A DNA stretch of 64,000 nucleotides from Octopus vulgaris (lineage: Eukaryota), in the NCBI GenBank assembly GCA_951406725.2, contig OX597832.1, positions 22,754,001 through 22,818,000 on the forward strand, in the 5' to 3' direction. This document shows positions 27,792 through 41,212 of the stretch, piece by piece. The position numbers and the translations under genes are program-made. The notes under the pieces are model-generated. The model was given only the letters and a program-made list of their open reading frames with translations, searched no databases and had not been told where the DNA came from. Every line of letters begins with the position of its first letter. Positions within the stretch are counted from its first letter, which is position 1.

Positions 27792-28003
27792 ACGCCATGA
27801 TAGATCGTTAGCTCCTACACGCATTTTTTCTCTCCTTGTTTCTCTCCTAGTTTTTTTTTCTGTGTATCTTTCTGTCGAAGAGCGTAGGCTCGAAACGTAA
27901 AAGTCTTGTTTTATTTATATTCCTGAGCGCTATACTAATACATTTGTTTGTTTCTACTCCACCTGCCTTCATCTTTTGTTTATTTTTTAAAACTTTCTCT
28001 TTA
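27791..28003 (+). mobile_element. Family H1 hammerhead-bearing short element
   Basis: CTTT-CTGTCGA-A-GAGC-GTAG-GCTC-GAAAC-GTA-AAAG at 27868-27903; TA runs on both sides. Confidence 0.8.
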
Positions 28004-28130
28004 TATATAACTGTTTCTGAACGAAACAGTTCTAGTCCTGTAGAAGCTCCTTCTATAAAATAAATTACTTTACTCTGCTATGTATTGAGTACCTTATTTA
28101 CTGTGGTTAACCCCGACTCAACCCGGGACC

Positions 28131-28193
<63 letters not shown>

Positions 28194-28267
28194 ATATATA
28201 TAAATATGCGTGTGTTTGTGTGTGTGTGTGTGTGTGTGTTTCTGTGCGTATGTGTGTGTGTATACAC

Positions 28268-28489
28268 CCTTTTACTCTTTTAATTATTGAAGTCATTTGA
28301 CAGCAGCCATGCTGGAGCACTGCCTTTAGCCGAGCAAATCCACCCCAGTACTTATTCTTTGTAAGCCTAGTACTTATTCTATAGGTCTCTTTTGCCGAAG
28401 CGCTAAGTTACGGGGACGTAAACCTACCATCATCGGTTGTCAAGCGATGTTGGGGGGACAAACACAGACACACAAAAATATACACACAC

Positions 28490-28520
<31 letters not shown>

Positions 28521-28688
28521 TATATACGACGGGCTTCTTTCAATTTACGTGTACCAAATCCACTCACAAGGCTTTGGTTGGCCCGAGGCTATTGTAGAAG
28601 CCACTTGCCCAAGGTGCCACCCAGTGGGACTGAACCCAGAACCATGTGGTTGGTAAGCAAGCTACTTACCACACAGACACTCCTGCGA
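28268..28688 (-). mobile_element. SINE family 2
   Basis: Homologous to 7626-8022. Confidence 0.85.
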
Positions 28689-28797
28689 CAGGAAAGGGAG
28701 AGAGAGAGAGAGCGAGAGAGAGAGAAGAGAGAGAGATCTCTTATTTTATCTTATGTCCATTGTCCGTGTGTATATAAATACACACGCACAAACACTG

Positions 28798-28828
<31 letters not shown>

Positions 28829-29206
28829 TATGTATGTATGTATATTAAACTAAGAAAGATAAATCTTAGGACCTGTACAGCAAATTTTGTAATATGCCTT
28901 CTTGTCTCCTATTAAGTTTCTTTCTCTCGTCCTTCCCATTAATATGGAAACAGCGTATACGCGGGACCAGATAAGATAAACGGCCAATTAGCAGTGGTTT
29001 TGTGGTTTCTTTTTTCTCTATGCTTATGTAATCTATTTATCTTCTCTGCCAAAACTTCTGCTCATTCATTTAGACTCAACCGCCTCCACGAAACACTATC
29101 AATCTTAACAGCTATTATCGAGCAAAAATTGCCGAAGCTTCCCTTATATGCGTATACACATAAACACACACACACAAACACATATATATGTATATATATA
29201 TATGAT

Positions 29207-29264
<58 letters not shown>

Positions 29265-29347
29265 ATATATGTATCTATATATATATGTATATATGTATTT
29301 ATATATGTATCTATCTATATATATATATCTGCGTGTATATATATGTT

Positions 29348-29455
<108 letters not shown>

Positions 29456-29929
29456 TATCGATCTATAAATCGATATAAATATTTGGGGAACACAAACATG
29501 CACACACTCATACACATATATACAGGCACATACACACATACGCATACGCACATGTATAAATGCCTGTATGTAATGTTTTAGTATCAGTTTTTTTCTTTCT
29601 TCTACTCTTTTTGATGTTTTTCTCTCTTCTTCCCCATCCACCCGCTCTCTTTGCTCAACAAACTCCCTTTTGTTACCGCTTTCCATCAAATTTTTTAAAA
29701 ATTCAGTTTATTTATTTTATAATCGAACGATGTCCCTAGAGTATGTATCTATACATCTAATTGAAAGCACTCGGAATATATATATCTGCTATAAATTTTA
29801 TTGCGCCTCAGAGGTATGAATGGCAAAAGGAAAAATACGAACTTTTCTTTTAGAGTACGCATTCTTCTTGCGAAGCGGAGGAGGCCGAACAAAGTTAATT
29901 CTTAAAAAATAGTTTCCTTCTAGTCACAG

Positions 29930-30570
29930 TTTCAAATTTTGGCACAAGGACAGCAATATCAGGGGAGGGGTTAGTTGGTTACATCCACCCCATTGCTCAA
30001 CTAGTAGTTATTTCATTGACCCTGCATCGATGAAAGGAGAAGTTGACTTCGGTGGAATTTGAACTTAGAACTTAAAGATGGATGGAATGCCGCAAATCAT
30101 TTTGTCCGGAGTGCTAACAATTCTGCCTGCCCATCGCCCAGATTTTAGCTAATATCGATTGCTGTTATAAGGTGGTGGGCTGGCAGAATGGTTAGCACGC
30201 CGAGCGAAATGCTTAGCGGTATTTCGTCTGCCGTTACGTTCTGAGATCAAATTCCGCCGACGTTGACTTTGCCTTTCATCCTTTCGGGGTCGATTAAATA
30301 AGTACCAGTTATGCACTGGGTCGATATAATCGACGTAATCCGTTTGTCTGTCCTTGTTTGTCCCTTCTGTATTTAACCCCTTGAGGGTAGTAAAGAAATA
30401 GGTATTTCGTCTTTCTTTACATTCTGAGTTCAAATTCCGCCGAGGTCGACTTTGCATTTCATCCTTCCAGAGTCGATAAAATAAGTACCAGTTGCTTACT
30501 GGGGCCGATTGAATGGACTGGCTCCCTCCCCCTAAATTTTGGTCCTTGTGCCTAAATTAGAAAAGAATAT
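29930..30570. mobile_element. SINE family 1 cluster: old minus copy (29930-30140) and plus dimer (30168-30570)
   Basis: Homology to family 1; dimer junction at 30400/30401. Confidence 0.85.
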
Positions 30571-31293
30571 CGATTTCTGTTATAGGTTTCGATTTCTTAC
30601 ATTTCGAGCAAAGCTTTGTAATGTTTATTCTGATTCTTTAAGATTCGGGTTCAAGAGTCGGTAGATTCTGTTTTGGGTCTTAAGTTTCAGTAATTGAGGA
30701 TTTATACCTCAACTCGGCTTAAAAGTCTACGATTTCTTTCCCGTTCTTCTTTCTGAAGCAAGTAAAAGAATAAAAGAATAAAAGAATATCGATGCTATTT
30801 CTCACCATCGCTCCACAATCGGTGCTGGTTTGTTTGTGTCCCTGTATCTTAACCATTCAACAAAACAGATCCGGTAGGATGCGTATGATTGTTGTATTCT
30901 AGCCTCCATATCGATGTCATAACTTCATTTCTCTTTCACCTAATGCTTTCCAATTATACGCTTAATGTAATTACAAAGATAATAAAAGTTACGAAATCGT
31001 TTTTTGTTCTGTAATAAAAATTTGGATTTATGCCAAAGTACATTAAATTTTTTATCTGAATAAAAGAAATAAATCAATACTGTTCTTTATTTTCTTCCGC
31101 TATAAATTTGTGGCTTTATACCTAAATAAATGAAGCAACCACTTCAACATATATTGCGAAAATTATAGAAAAAAAAAATGATAATAATGGACAGATTAGT
31201 TGAAGTAGTTTCGTAATTGGAGAAGAGCAGAAAAATCGAAATAGACATTAAATCGAAGTAAAATCATGTTGGAAATATGTATGTATGTATATA

Positions 31294-31829
31294 TACTCTT
31301 TACTCTCTTTTACTTGTTTCAGTCATTTGACTGCGGTCATGCTGGAGCATCGCCTTTAGTCGAGCAACTCGACCCCGGGACTTATTCTTTGTAAGCTCAG
31401 TACTTATTCTATCGGTCTCTTTTGCCGAACCGCTAAGTGACGGGGACGTCAACACACCAGCATCGGTTGTCATGCAATGCTAAGGGGACAAACACAGACA
31501 CACAAACATACACGCACACACACATATATATACATATATACGACGGACTTCTTTCAGTTTCCGTCTACCAAATCCACTCACAAGGCTTTGGTCGGCCCGA
31601 GGCTATAGTAGAAGACACTTGCCCAATGTGCCACGCAGTGGGACTGAACCCGGAACCATGTGATTGGTAAACAAGCTACTTACCACACAGCCACTCCTGC
31701 GCCTATATATACTATGTATATATACTCTTTACTCTATTTTACTTGTTTCAGTCATTTGACTGCGGCCTTGCTGGAGCATCGCCTTTAGTCGAGCAAATTC
31801 ACCGCAGGACTTATTCTTTGGAAGCCTAG
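31294..31829 (-). mobile_element. SINE family 2 full copy (31294-31705) plus a second tail fragment (31724-31829)
   Basis: Homologous to other family 2 copies. Confidence 0.85.
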
Positions 31830-32406
31830 CGTCTGATTTGAACATATGGTGTGTCTCTACCAAGTCTGTCCTCCGCCTGCTGACCACTGAGCAGAAAGAA
31901 AATCGCGTCGAAGTCCGTCAAGATCCCCGTCAACGTGCAACAGATGAGGGAACCTTCAAGTCGAGGATCATCACCAGGGATGAGAATGTATCTACGAGTA
32001 CAACTCAGGGTTGTACTCGAAGTATACTTCGTCACAATGGAAAAGCCCTTCATCTCCACGAACAAACAAGGCACGACAGAGCCGTAGCTCAATCAAGGGC
32101 CTGCTCATCGTTTTTTTTTCCACATTCGCAGAATTTTGCATCGAGAATTCGTCCCTTTGAGTCAGACCGTCAATCGAGAGTTTCACAGCGACGTTTTGAA
32201 GCGTTTGGTGGCGGCCATTCGGCAAAAGCGACCGGAAATGTGAAGCGCGAAGAATCGGATTCTTCAAGACCACAATGCACCCTGCCATCGAGTTCTCACG
32301 CGTGAGTTACTCCCCAAAAACATGGTATTGCTTTCGGACCTGCCCTATTCGCCAGATTTAACACCGGCAAACTTCCATCTCTCCCCAAAGATGAAAATGC
32401 AGCTTT
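31830..32406 (+). mobile_element. Mariner transposase internal remnant
   Basis: RLLTTEQKENRVEV..SRIITRDE, QWKSPSSPR, EFVP..QTVNREF, PYSPDLTP..PKMKMQL. Confidence 0.85.
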
Positions 32407-32769
32407 TGATTTCTTATTTGAACTTCCACACTTTGTGTCTGACATTTTATTGACCTTCCCATCCTTCGATCTGGTGGCAAATAAATGAAATAATTTTTGT
32501 TGTTGTTGTTGTTGTTGTTGTTGTTCTTCTTCTTCTTCTTCTTCTTCTTCTTCTTCTTCTTCTTCTTCTTCTTCTTCTTCTTCAAGTTGAAAATGCAGCT
32601 TTTGTCTTCTTATTTAAACTGCCACACTTTGTGTCTGGCTTTGTATTAACCTCTCCATCCTTCGCCCTGGTGGCAAATAAATGAAATCATTGTTCTTCTT
32701 CTTTTCTCCTTCTTCTCCTTCTTCTTTTTCTTCTTCTTCTTCTTATTATTATCATCATTATTTTTATTA

Positions 32770-32863
<94 letters not shown>

Positions 32864-33551
32864 CATTATTATTGTTATTATTATTATTAGTATTAGTATT
32901 AATATCATCATCATTATTATTATTATTATTATTACGAAGTGAACCATATTAAAGATAATCAAATCGATTAGTACCATTTTAAAGGAATATCTAATAGGAT
33001 GGTTTTTCTTTCAGTGGCATTAATGTAATAAGACGGTGACTTTGTGTTGACAGATATTATAGTTCACCAGACTAAACGCATTACATTATTTTCCTTCGTC
33101 TTCCCAGATTCTACATTCAACGTGAATATTCGGCCGATATCGATTTTTCGTTTCATCGATTACATAAGAACTCGTATCAGAACCAATATTTTCCTTTCTT
33201 TTAATGAAACGATCCTGATGTCTAAAGAATCCAATTACAATATATTGTTTTCTCTTTTTCTTAAGTCCATGTTGTTGTTTGTCTTGGTTTTTTTATTTTA
33301 TTCTGAACGATACTGGACTTATTTTATTATACTGTATTTTGTATGGCAGTTTTGAACAATAGCGTCGGTATGTTTTCAATTGAATAATCACCGGCTAACA
33401 GAGTTTACGTTGGCATGAAAAAGAAATACAAGGGTTTGTTTCTGCAACTCGGGCCGAACAAATATCACGGGAGGTTTCGTTGGAATTCACCAATTTATCG
33501 GTTTTCCCGCCAATGTTAATAGCTTTCGTTGATGTAAAATAGTAATGGTAA

Positions 33552-33886
33552 AGACGCCCTTCGGCCATGAATGACCATGGGATTGCACTTAGAAGGTTAC
33601 TCTCTGAGGCACAAGTCCGGGCCTGTTTTTTTTATGGAAGACCAGCGTTCATCCATGTACACCAGTTGCCCCTCTCTACGCCCCGATGTTGCCCAAGGGA
33701 AAGGCAAAGGCCGACACAGCTTGGCACCAGTGACGTCGCAACTCATTTCTACAGCAGAATTAACTGGATCAACGTAAAATACAGTGTCTTGCTCAAGAAC
33801 ACAACACACAGTCCGGTCCGGGAATCGAACTCACTACCTCATGATTGTGAACCCGCAGATCTAGCCACTGAACAATGTGCCTTCAC
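33552..33886 (-). mobile_element. SINE family 4
   Basis: Homologous to 9963-10302 and 61510-61833. Confidence 0.8.
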
Positions 33887-33926
33887 CTTTCGTGTATATA
33901 CATCATAGATATATATGCTCATAAAT

Positions 33927-34295
33927 TAAGGCGGCGAGCTGGCAGAGTCGCTAGCACGCCGGGCGAAATGCTTAGCGGTATTTCGTCTGCCGATACGTTC
34001 TGAGTTCAAATTCCGCCGAGGTTGACTTTGCCTTTCATCCTTTCGGGGACGATAAATTAAGTACCAGTTACGCACTGGGGTCGATGTAATCGACTTAATC
34101 CGTTTGTCTGTCCTTGTTTGTCCCCTCTGTATGTAGCCCCTTGTGGGTATTTCAGCAGGTATTTCATCTGCTGCTACGTTCTGAGTTCACATTCCGCCGA
34201 GGTTAACTTTACCTTTCATCCTTTCAGGGTCGATAAATTAAGTACCAGTTATGCACTGGGGTCGATGTAATTGACTATTCCCCTCCCCCAAAGAG
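33927..34295 (+). mobile_element. SINE family 1 dimer
   Basis: Full head and body followed by a restart at GGTATTTC. Confidence 0.85.
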
Positions 34296-34674
34296 TAATC
34301 TACGAAGAAGACTCATATTATAGTCTTAGTTTCCTTCTACTGGCTTCCATTCTAAGAAAAATTATCATAGAGTACATATAAAGAAAACAAAGCAAAAGAC
34401 AAGAAAGTTTCTTTATAAACTCTTTTACTTCTTTCAGTCATTTAACCGTGGCCATGCTGGAGCACCGCCTTTAGTTGAGCAAATCGGCCACAGGGCATAT
34501 TCTTTGTAAGCCTATTACTTATTCTATCGATCTGTTTTGCCGACCCGCTAAGTTACGGGGACGTAAACACACCAGCATCGGTTGTCAATCGATGTTGGGG
34601 GGACCAACACACACAAACACACACACACGCACACAAACACACACACACGCACACAAACACACACACACACACAC

Positions 34675-34716
<42 letters not shown>

Positions 34717-34838
34717 TATAATTAAGGGCTAAAGAGGGTTATTCTAAAGCCAATACACTGATTTATCCACTTATAATCCGCTTGCTACAGGAGAATTGAA
34801 ACTGAAAACGGGCAACTAACCTTTAGAAAATTTAAATT

Positions 34839-34914
34839 TCGTTATCTCTATATTGAATCAATTTCGGAATTAATCTTATAAAAAGATATATTCTTTCTTC
34901 AGTAGAGCTTTCGA
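34839..34914 (-). ncRNA. Type I hammerhead ribozyme (copy 1)
   Basis: Reverse complement of 35267-35342. Confidence 0.75.
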
Positions 34915-35266
34915 TGGGATATAAATAAAATACTCACGTATGATCATGGAAAAAGCACAAGCTAAAAACATAACTACACTTGAGTACATCACTTATATCT
35001 AAAAATAAAAATTCTTTGGTCAGCCTCAGAAACAACGTCTTGACCTTTCGCCGCTACAAATTGTAATGGTTACCGGTCCTCCCGTAGCAAGCAGCGAGTT
35101 TACTACTAACAATATAGGATGAAGTCCCTTTCTCTACAGAAAAGGAATCCATCAGGAAGCGTGGGCAGTATATTTAAAAAAACCGTTACGGTTGAAGTAT
35201 AAACATCATATAATTAAGGGCTAAAGAGGGTTATTCTAAAGCCGTGAGTATTTTATTTATATCCCA

Positions 35267-35342
35267 TCGAAAGCTCTACTGAAGAAAGAATATATCTTTT
35301 TATAAGATTAATTCCGAAATTGATTCAATATAGAGATAACGA
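35267..35342 (+). ncRNA. Type I hammerhead ribozyme (copy 2)
   Basis: TCG-aaag-CTCTA (stem I), CTGAAGA core, stem II GAAT/ATTC plus ATCTT/AAGAT, GAAA, stem III ATTG/CAAT, AUA triplet (cleavage predicted after 35330), TAGAG-ataa-CGA. Confidence 0.75.
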
Positions 35343-36208
35343 AATTTAAATTTTCTAAAGGTTAGTTGCCCGTTTTCAGTTTCAATTCTCCTGTAGCAAG
35401 CGGGTTATAAGTGGATAGATCAGTGTATTGGCTTTAGAATAACCCTCTTTAGCCCTTAATTATATGATGTTTATACTTCAACCGTAACGGTTTTTTTAAA
35501 TATACTGCCCACGCTTCCTGATGGATTCCTTTTCTGTAGAGAAAGGGACTTCATCCTATATTGTTAGTATATATATATATTTATAAATACGACGGGCTTT
35601 GAGGTTCCTACCAAATCCAGTCACAAGGCTTTGGTCGGCCCGAAGCTATAGTAAAAGACACTTGCCCAAGGTGCCACGCAGTGGGAATGAAACCGGAACC
35701 ATCTCGTTGGTAAGCAAGCTACGTACCACACAGCAACTCCATAAAATGCATATCTAATCTACTTTAAACATACTTAAAGTGAGGACAGCGAAACTGGTTA
35801 ATAATATGATTTTCCTGCAGTAAAATCTCTTTTGTTTACAACATAAAATAAAATTTAATCAGCAAAAAAAGGTGTTTTATTATTTTTTTCTTTGGTGTGG
35901 GTTTTATCTATGCGACAACTGTCAGCACAATGTGAAATCCCTTCCTTGTCAAAACACATACTAATATTTTTCCAATAAAACATTTACATGGAAAAATTAC
36001 TTATGTAAAAACAATTTTCAGTCAAAATGTTTTTTTTAGAGATATATAACAGAAATATTTTTTCACACATGTTAAAAAAACCTATCTTGTTGTATTCAAA
36101 TACATACATGCACTCACACACGTATACATCTATCTAACTATCTAGCTGGCAAGCTAACTGCCTTTCTACTTATCTGGCACTGTCTGTCCTTCTATTTATC
36201 TAACACTG

Positions 36209-36339
<131 letters not shown>

Positions 36340-36367
36340 CTATCTATCTATCTATCTATCTATCTCC

Positions 36368-36410
<43 letters not shown>

Positions 36411-36413
<3 letters not shown>

Positions 36414-36672
36414 AACTCTTCTGTGCATGCACACTAAGATTTAATGTTCAAGCTCATGTCCGCCGTTTACATCAGTGCTTGGAAGGAATGTGTGTAGCGT
36501 GTGATCGTCGCATTGACCATGACAGAGAAAGTTGAGCAGAGAATCTGCATCAAATTTTGCCAAAAGCTTGGTTATACCTGATTCCAAAAAGTTTTCATCG
36601 TTCTCGAACCAGTTAAGGAGATCTTGTATAACTGAAACCCGAGTGTCTTTTTGGTCAGCTGAAAGCAGCTTC
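36411..36672. mobile_element. Fragment of the two-5'-end mariner derivative (same family as 54533-55409)
   Basis: MTEKVEQRICIKFCQKLG on + joined to inverted LLSADQKDTRVSV..ENDENFL on -. Confidence 0.8.
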
Positions 36673-36783
36673 ATGGCCCGACCATCATTCCACCAACGAT
36701 GCCAGCTCAAAATATGACAAACCCTCTACCTCCGTTGACATCTCAAACTATTCTTATTGTTCCAGTTGATTGATACCCAACCT

Positions 36784-37458
36784 TTACTCCAGCCATCTGG
36801 TCCGTCTGGTCAGCCATCTGGCACGGCATTCGTCTGTGAACAGAACTATTGAAAAATCTGTCTTTACGTATTCTTCTGCACATTTCAGTCTCTTCTGATT
36901 ATGAACAGCCTTCAGAGGGGGCCTTGTAACAGGTTTAACATACCTGGTTACCTGCTTCAAGAGGCGGCACCTGGTATTTTTCCACACGTCTTCCCTGCCG
37001 CAACGTTTGAAGATTTCCCTACTTGTCAGACATGGGTTCTGCACAACTTCCCTTTCCCCCACATTACAAAGTACAATTCGACGCAACCCTCGACTTACCC
37101 TTATTTGCATTCGACCGGACAGAAATAGGATACTGCACAAATTTCTTCTCTGTTTGGTGGTCTCTTCCCAATATTTTTCATATTTCTATGGTTGTTTTTC
37201 ATTTTCCAAGCGCTGACGCGATGGTAGACTTCTCATCCGAGGTAAGATCACGTTTCTGACCCATTGGGATAGCAGAAATGTTTCTGCTACAAGATAATAA
37301 TCGCCGTTTGCTTTCGTTTGCGCAGATCCGTTTTATTGTAACAGAATGTGAGGAGATGGGTGTTGCCAACAGTCAGCGGGAAAAAAAACAACTGGTTTTG
37401 AACGAATATACATTTATTTATTGAGAGAAGGTTGATTTGCCTAATAATGTAGCGTATA
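36784..37458 (-). mobile_element. Tc1-superfamily (TRT/DD37E-like) 5' fragment
   Basis: ATG at 37264, MGQKRDLTSDEKS..LGRDH.T; KTDFSIVLFTDECRA followed by a frameshifted DQTDQM/DGPDGW-like segment; TIR-like ATTATTAGGCAA near 37438-37449. Confidence 0.75.
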
Positions 37459-37511
37459 TAGATATGTATATATATATAATGTATGTGTACATATGTGTAT
37501 ATATATATATA

Positions 37512-37687
37512 GTGAGAATTTACAGAAAAACAAAAGACGAAGACAGGTAAACAACAAATAGACGTGTTAGTTTAACGCTGGGGAAGTGAGAGAGTCTTTC
37601 ACGTTTCGAGCCTACGCTCTTCAACAGTAAGGAACACAAAAATAAACAGGGAGAGAGAATACAAAAAGGTTTAGTAGCTAAAGATCT

Positions 37688-37691
<4 letters not shown>
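37512..37691 (-). mobile_element. Family H1 element (cleavage triplet mutated to GUG)
   Basis: CTGTTGA-A-GAGC-GTAG-GCTC-GAAAC-GTG; TA tracts on both sides. Confidence 0.75.
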
Positions 37692-37761
<70 letters not shown>

Positions 37762-37765
<4 letters not shown>

Positions 37766-38140
37766 TGTAGGAGTGGCTGTGTGGTAAGTAGCTTGCTTAC
37801 GAACCACATGGTTCCGGGTTCAGTCGCACTTTTGGGCAAGTATCTTCTACTATAGCCTCGGGCCGACCAAAGCCGTGTGGGTGGATTTAGTAGACGAAAA
37901 CTGAAAGGAGCCCGTCGTATATATGTATGTATATATATGTATGTGTGTGTATATGTTTCTGTCTGTTCCCCCCACCCCAAAAAAAACACATCGCTTGAGC
38001 ACCGATGCTGGTGTGTTAACGTCCCCATAACATAGCGGTTCGGCAAAAGAGACCGATAGAATAAGAACTTGGTTTACAAAGAATTAGTCCTGAGGTCGAT
38101 TTACTCGACAGTCAAATGACTGAAACAAGTAAAAGAGGAA
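37762..38140 (+). mobile_element. SINE family 2
   Basis: Head AGGAGTGGCTGTGTGGTAAG through the AAGTAAAAGAG tail. Confidence 0.85.
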
Positions 38141-38144
38141 AATA

Positions 38145-38430
<286 letters not shown>

Positions 38431-38435
38431 GTAGG

Positions 38436-38519
<84 letters not shown>

Positions 38520-39293
38520 GTCCCGGCTGCAACCCTTTTCATTATATGTCAGCTCTAGTCTAGGAGACTTGGAAGCTAAACAACATCGAACAGATAATTA
38601 TTTGACGAAAAATTTTATTCAAGAATTACGAATTACGGCCAAAATGAATATAAGTAATTAACTCTTGCTTCTGCTGCAGCTGTTGTTGTTGTTGTTGTGG
38701 TGGTGGTGGTGGTGGTGGTGCCACTGATGTTATTTGCTCGGCTTAGTCACCTGTGTTCGCTTCTCCCCGCCATCAATCACGCATTAATATCATTACTGGA
38801 ATCGTCGGTTACTTCGCTTTGGTGTTTTGCATAAAACGTGACGATGTTGCGCCGAGAAGAAAGATAGTAATGTCCGAGTGTTAAACGTGTGAAAGTAGTT
38901 GAATAATGTTGTGTTAATGCTTTCGATAAAGGAAATGGTGCGGCTTCGGAATGGAATTCCAAGACATCGGCGACAAATAAATAAACAAATGAAGTTTTTA
39001 AAATAACAGGAAATGTTAGATTGCTTATCAGTTTTTTTGTTGTTTTTTTTTGTATTGATTTTGTTTACAGTGTTTGTTTTTTCTTTCATTTCGCATGATT
39101 AGATTATCAATGCAGAAGAAAAAAAAACACAAGTGCGTACACAAACATACACAGACACACACATACACACACACGCACTTTCACATAAACACACAGGCAC
39201 AGTTTCCCATGCACACACAGGTTTACGCACGCACATATTATCTCTCTCTTTCTCTCTTTCGCACATACGTATATACGCATATAAGTTCACGTG

Positions 39294-39344
<51 letters not shown>

Positions 39345-39347
<3 letters not shown>

Positions 39348-40060
39348 CTCTCTCTCTCTCTCTCTCTTTCACTCGCATAACTTTTCTGTCTCTATTTTTC
39401 ATTCCTCTCTCTCTCTTTCTTTTTCGATTCTTTCTCTCTTTCGCTCCCCTCTTCTTTCGCTCTCCTGTTCTTCTTTCGCTTCTCTCTCTCTTTTTCACTC
39501 CTCTCTCTTTCTTTCGCTCTTCTGTCTCTCTTTCTTTTGCCTCTCTCTCTTTCACTCCTCCCTCCCTCCTCTCTCTCTTTCATTCCTCTCTCCCCCTCTT
39601 TCACTCCTCCTTACCTCTCTCTCACTCTCTTTCATTCCTCCCTCTCCTCTCTATCTTTTACTCCTCCCTCCGTCTCTCTCTTTCGCTCCTCTCTCTCTCT
39701 CTCTTTCTCTCTTTTACCTCTCTCTATTTCATTTTTCTCTCTCTTTTACCTCTCTCTATTTCATTTTTCTCTCTCTTTCACTCCCCCTTCCCTCCCCTCT
39801 TACTCTCTTTCACTCATCCCTCCCTCTCTCTTTCACTCCTCGCTCCCTCTCTTTCGGTCCTCTTTCTCTCTTTCGTTCTTCGCTCCATTTCACCCCTCCT
39901 TCCTCTCTTTCACTCTCTTTCATTCTTCCCTTCCCTGTCTCTTTCACTCCTCCCTCCCTCTCTCTTTCAGTCCTCTTTCTCTCTCTCGCTCTTCTCTCTC
40001 TTCTCTCTCTCTCTCTCTTTCGTTCCTTTTCTTTTCCCCCTCTTTTCCTTTTTCTTACAT
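39345..40060. repeat. ~700-bp cryptic CT-rich polypyrimidine tract
   Basis: Degenerate TTTCACTCCTCTCTC-like motifs. Confidence 0.9.
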
Positions 40061-40787
40061 AGACACGCATACGATTCGCTAAACCTACACACGCTCATAT
40101 GTACACACGCATACAACTTCACACAAACACACACCTATTCACATGCATACAACACACATATACAACACACACTTTACACATATTCACATCCACACCCCTC
40201 CCACACACACATTCATATGCAAGCACAGATGCAACTTAACATACAAACACACACACGTTCACACGCCCACAAGCATATACATACACACACCTTCAACGCA
40301 CACATTCTTCCTCCATCACTCCCTCTCTCTCTCTCTGTCTCTTTCATACACCCACACTCTCACACTCACATGCATACATTTACATACAAACATACACATA
40401 CACACGCAGACGTGAGCCCCAAAACATACTTAAAAGCTTAATCGTTTTCACGTAAAAGTACTCACAACACACCTCCTACCTCTCCTCCATTACCTTCATC
40501 TACTGCACACATACACACACGCATAAGCTCATACACACACTCCCTCCCTCTCCCTCTCTCCCTCTCTCTTTCTCTCTCTCACACACACATACACACACAG
40601 ATAAACGAGCATATCCAATCTCAAATACATGACGAAGTTGCTAACGGTTTTATCGAATACAGAATGCTTAACAAACAACTTACTAAATTCTACACTAAAC
40701 ATACGCCATTACATTTTTATATAAATCATATATTAAACTCTTATCAGGGATCCGGGGCTATTTACCGAAGCCCGGCTGAATTCTCTT

Positions 40788-41010
40788 ACTCTCTTTTACT
40801 CTTTTACTTGTTTCAGTCATTTCGACTGCGGCCATCCTGGAGCACCGCCTTTAATCGAGCAAATCGACCCCGGGACTTATTCTTTTGTAATCCCAGTACT
40901 TATTCTATCGATCTCTTTTGCCGAACCGCTAAGTAACGAGGACATAAACACACCAGCATCGGTTGTCAAGCAATGCTAGGGGGGCAAACACAGACACACA
41001 AACACACACA

Positions 41011-41051
<41 letters not shown>

Positions 41052-41212
41052 GTATATACGACGGTCTTCTTTCAGTTTCCGTGTACCAAATCCACTCACA
41101 AGACATTGGTCGGCCCGAGGCTATAGCAGAAGACACTTGCTCAAGATGCCACGCAGTGGGACTGAACTCGTGGCTGGTAAACAAGCTACTTACCACACAG
41201 CCACCCCTGCCC
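40788..41212 (-). mobile_element. SINE family 2
   Basis: Homologous to other family 2 copies. Confidence 0.85.

Larger units (their letters stand above)
34713..35569. mobile_element. Hammerhead-bearing retrozyme/PLE-like insertion: 492-nt permuted unit plus inverted partial copy
   Basis: Order A-B-C-D-A followed by the reverse complement of D-A-B; 39-nt block A at 34713-34751 and 35205-35243; arms nearly identical. Confidence 0.8.
34419..35741 (-). mobile_element. SINE family 2 copy split at its internal (TA)n by the 34713-35569 insertion
   Basis: Tail half at 34419-34712 and head half at 35570-35741 are contiguous in uninterrupted copies. Confidence 0.85.

Noticed and set aside
39074-40441. 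455-aa ORF, the longest in the window
   Set aside because: It is a translation of (CA)n and CT-rich low-complexity DNA that lacks stops by composition; no domain is recognisable.
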